From Adineta vaga (taxonomy: Eukaryota > Animalia > Rotifera): a stretch of 64,000 nt of DNA. Numbering within the stretch: position 1 is the first letter of the stretch; each line of letters starts with the position of its first letter. Under the pieces are notes generated by a model. It was not told the DNA's origin and did not search any database. It saw only the letters and a program-made list of their open reading frames with translations. Position numbers and translations under genes: made by a program. The stretch is taken from contig CP075492.1 in assembly GCA_021613535.1 (NCBI GenBank), forward strand, positions 5,332,001-5,396,000. The letters are read 5' to 3'. Positions 61,997 to 64,000 of this stretch are shown here, one piece after another.

Positions 61997-62810
61997 ATTC
62001 CACGGGTTTGCATAAAAGTGATTCAACTTTGTCTCCAAAATTCAATATGAAATATAAAAGATCATAGACTCCAATATACAATGTTGTCCATTAGCAACGT
62101 TTGTATTTTATGTATCGGGAGAGAAGACACTTATTGTCTCGGCAAAAACAGACAGAATCCTTATGAATTCTCCTTAATTACATGATAGAATCATTTAAAG
62201 TTACGTAGTCATGCAGTGAACCATTTTAGTTTCCTCTATCTGGTTGGATTACTTATTATGATTCAACATGAGGAGAAAAGAAAAACCTTTTAAAGATCTA
62301 CAAGCATTAAGTAGAACCTGATAGGTTCATCACTCTCCTACAAAAGACTTTCTGTGGTTTGGCATTACTCGGTAGACTCATCTCCAGTACCGCATTGATC
62401 GGCAGAACCAATTAGAGTTCAATGTTGTTGATTAAAATTATCTATGGTCTTTCAGTTCTGTAAGTAGCAAAGAGTCAAAAATAGTTCTCCAAAACTACTT
62501 TTGCTAAAAAACGATTTTAGAAATGCGTTAAAAATGAGTGTTCAGTTTTATAAACATATTTATATAGTAAAAACCAAAGCTTAGTTTAATAAAACACTCT
62601 TTGATGCTCCATATCTTTGGCGTGCTTGTTTTAGTAAAAGAAATTTTCATTTATGGAAAGGAACTGAACTCAACGATCTTGGACGGAAAATTAAAACAAT
62701 AAACGAAGAAAAAACGAAGATTTTGAGTTTCTCTAGAAAAGGTCTAATATGGCAAGATTTGATTATTGAAACTACGGAATTTTTAACCAAAAAGAGATAC
62801 TGAGAAAAAG

Positions 62811-64000
62811 GGTTCCATGACAGTTCCGCGCACGACACTACCGCGTACGACTCTTGCGCACATTGACATTTCAGTGTATGAACATTATCGCGCACGACAC
62901 TTTAGCGGACGACATATATGCGAATTTTTTTAATCTCTTTTCTATTTGATCAATAAGCTTACGACTATTAATCAGAGAAGGTTGTGTTCTTTTTTTGGTC
63001 GATTGATTTAGGTGAAACCGGATATCTTAAAGATTAATTGGATTAGATAATAATGAGTGGATAAGTATAATTGACACGTTAATGAGAAGAAATAAGATGA
63101 AATTGACTAAATATTATATATATATATACAAGATAAGTTCATGTCAAAAATAAAAATGTCTCTTATCAAGTCAAGTAAAGGAAACGATCAACTTCTACTT
63201 GATGGTTTTCGTTATCGTCAAGATAAGACAATGTGCCGTTGTGTAAAGGACAAGTGTAAAGGTCGTGCTCGTTCTGATGGAAATACGTTCAAAATGTACC
63301 AAGATCATGCATGTCAAGCGCCAGATCCAGACGAAATTGAAAAAGCTTTATTTAATTATGAAATTAGGAAGAAAGCTAAAGAATGTCATGATTCACCAAG
63401 ATTAATAATACACGAAGCTCGACTTAAATTATCTTCAGATGCTGCTATTACTAGTCCTCAATACATTACATCAACACGTACTATTCAACGTATTCGAAGA
63501 GATGATAATATTCCATCAGGATCTAAAACACTCGCCGATATTATTATTCCATTAAATTTTCAAAATACTATTATGAATCAAAAGTTTCTTTTATATGATA
63601 ATAATAATGTTAATCGTCGATTATTGATATTTGCTAGCCAAGAACAATTGGATTTCTTAAATCAATGTGAAATTTGGCATTGTGATAGTACATTTGCTGT
63701 AAGTAGTTGAAATATATCCAAAATTTAAAACGAAATCTTCTATTTATAGGTTGCGCCTAAAATGTTTGAGCAAATGTATTCTATACATGGCTCTATACGT
63801 GGAAAAAGCTTACCATTGGTTTACTCATTGTTATCTAACAAAGATGAAGAAATTTATGAAGAATTATTCAAAATTATCAAACAACATGTTACACGTAAAC
63901 CAAAATACCTTTCAATCGATTTTGAAAAAGCAGCTGAAAACTCGTTTGGTGTTATATATCCTAAATGTGAAATATTTGGGTGTCTTTTTTCATTTTAAAC
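62811..64000 (+). mobile_element. MULE with FLYWCH + MULE transposase (ATG 63141, intron ~63699-63749), truncated by the window edge
   Basis: Subterminal gcgcacgaca repeats; LLLDGFRY..CRC..C..H, WHCDSTF, YSIHG, PLVYSLL, SIDFEKA, GCLF. Confidence 0.8.

Noticed and set aside
1-64000. tRNA/rRNA genes
   Set aside because: None recognised by eye; tRNAscan/Infernal would be needed to exclude them.

Overview
AT-rich eukaryotic DNA with short (~50-65 nt) GT-AG introns. Gene content (expanded TM/Cys-module proteins, LDLa/EGF-GPCRs, foreign-looking carbohydrate enzymes, GGGTGT/GGGTGA hexamers) points to a bdelloid rotifer; this is inference. The window has two halves. (1) 1-16.8 kb is gene-dense: a concatenated 2-TM-module protein, a decayed LDLa/EGF-GPCR, an intron-containing GH5 mannanase with a GPI-like tail, a rhodopsin-type GPCR, and three tightly packed co-oriented genes (AT-hook protein, PSMA5, degenerate 2OG-Fe(II) oxygenase-like) with operon/trans-splice-like spacers. 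(2) 16.8-64 kb is gene-poor and full of transposons (Tc1/maT, MULE, piggyBac, hAT and CMC-type MITEs, solo LTRs, a LINE fragment). Its only recognisable host genes are five membrane-anchored, non-animal-type glycan enzymes: exostosin/GT47-like, GT15/KRE2-like, a 1076-aa NDP-sugar epimerase + C-methyltransferase + GT2-like fusion, an FkbM-like methyltransferase and a GT25. These form a candidate horizontally acquired methylated-glycan biosynthesis cluster. About 13 small head-to-head telomere-like (GGGTGT)n-spacer-(ACACCC)n hairpins or half-hairpins are scattered through the window; several lie just upstream of these genes and two lie at deletion junctions in dead transposases. All family calls come from motif recognition by eye; no searches were run.
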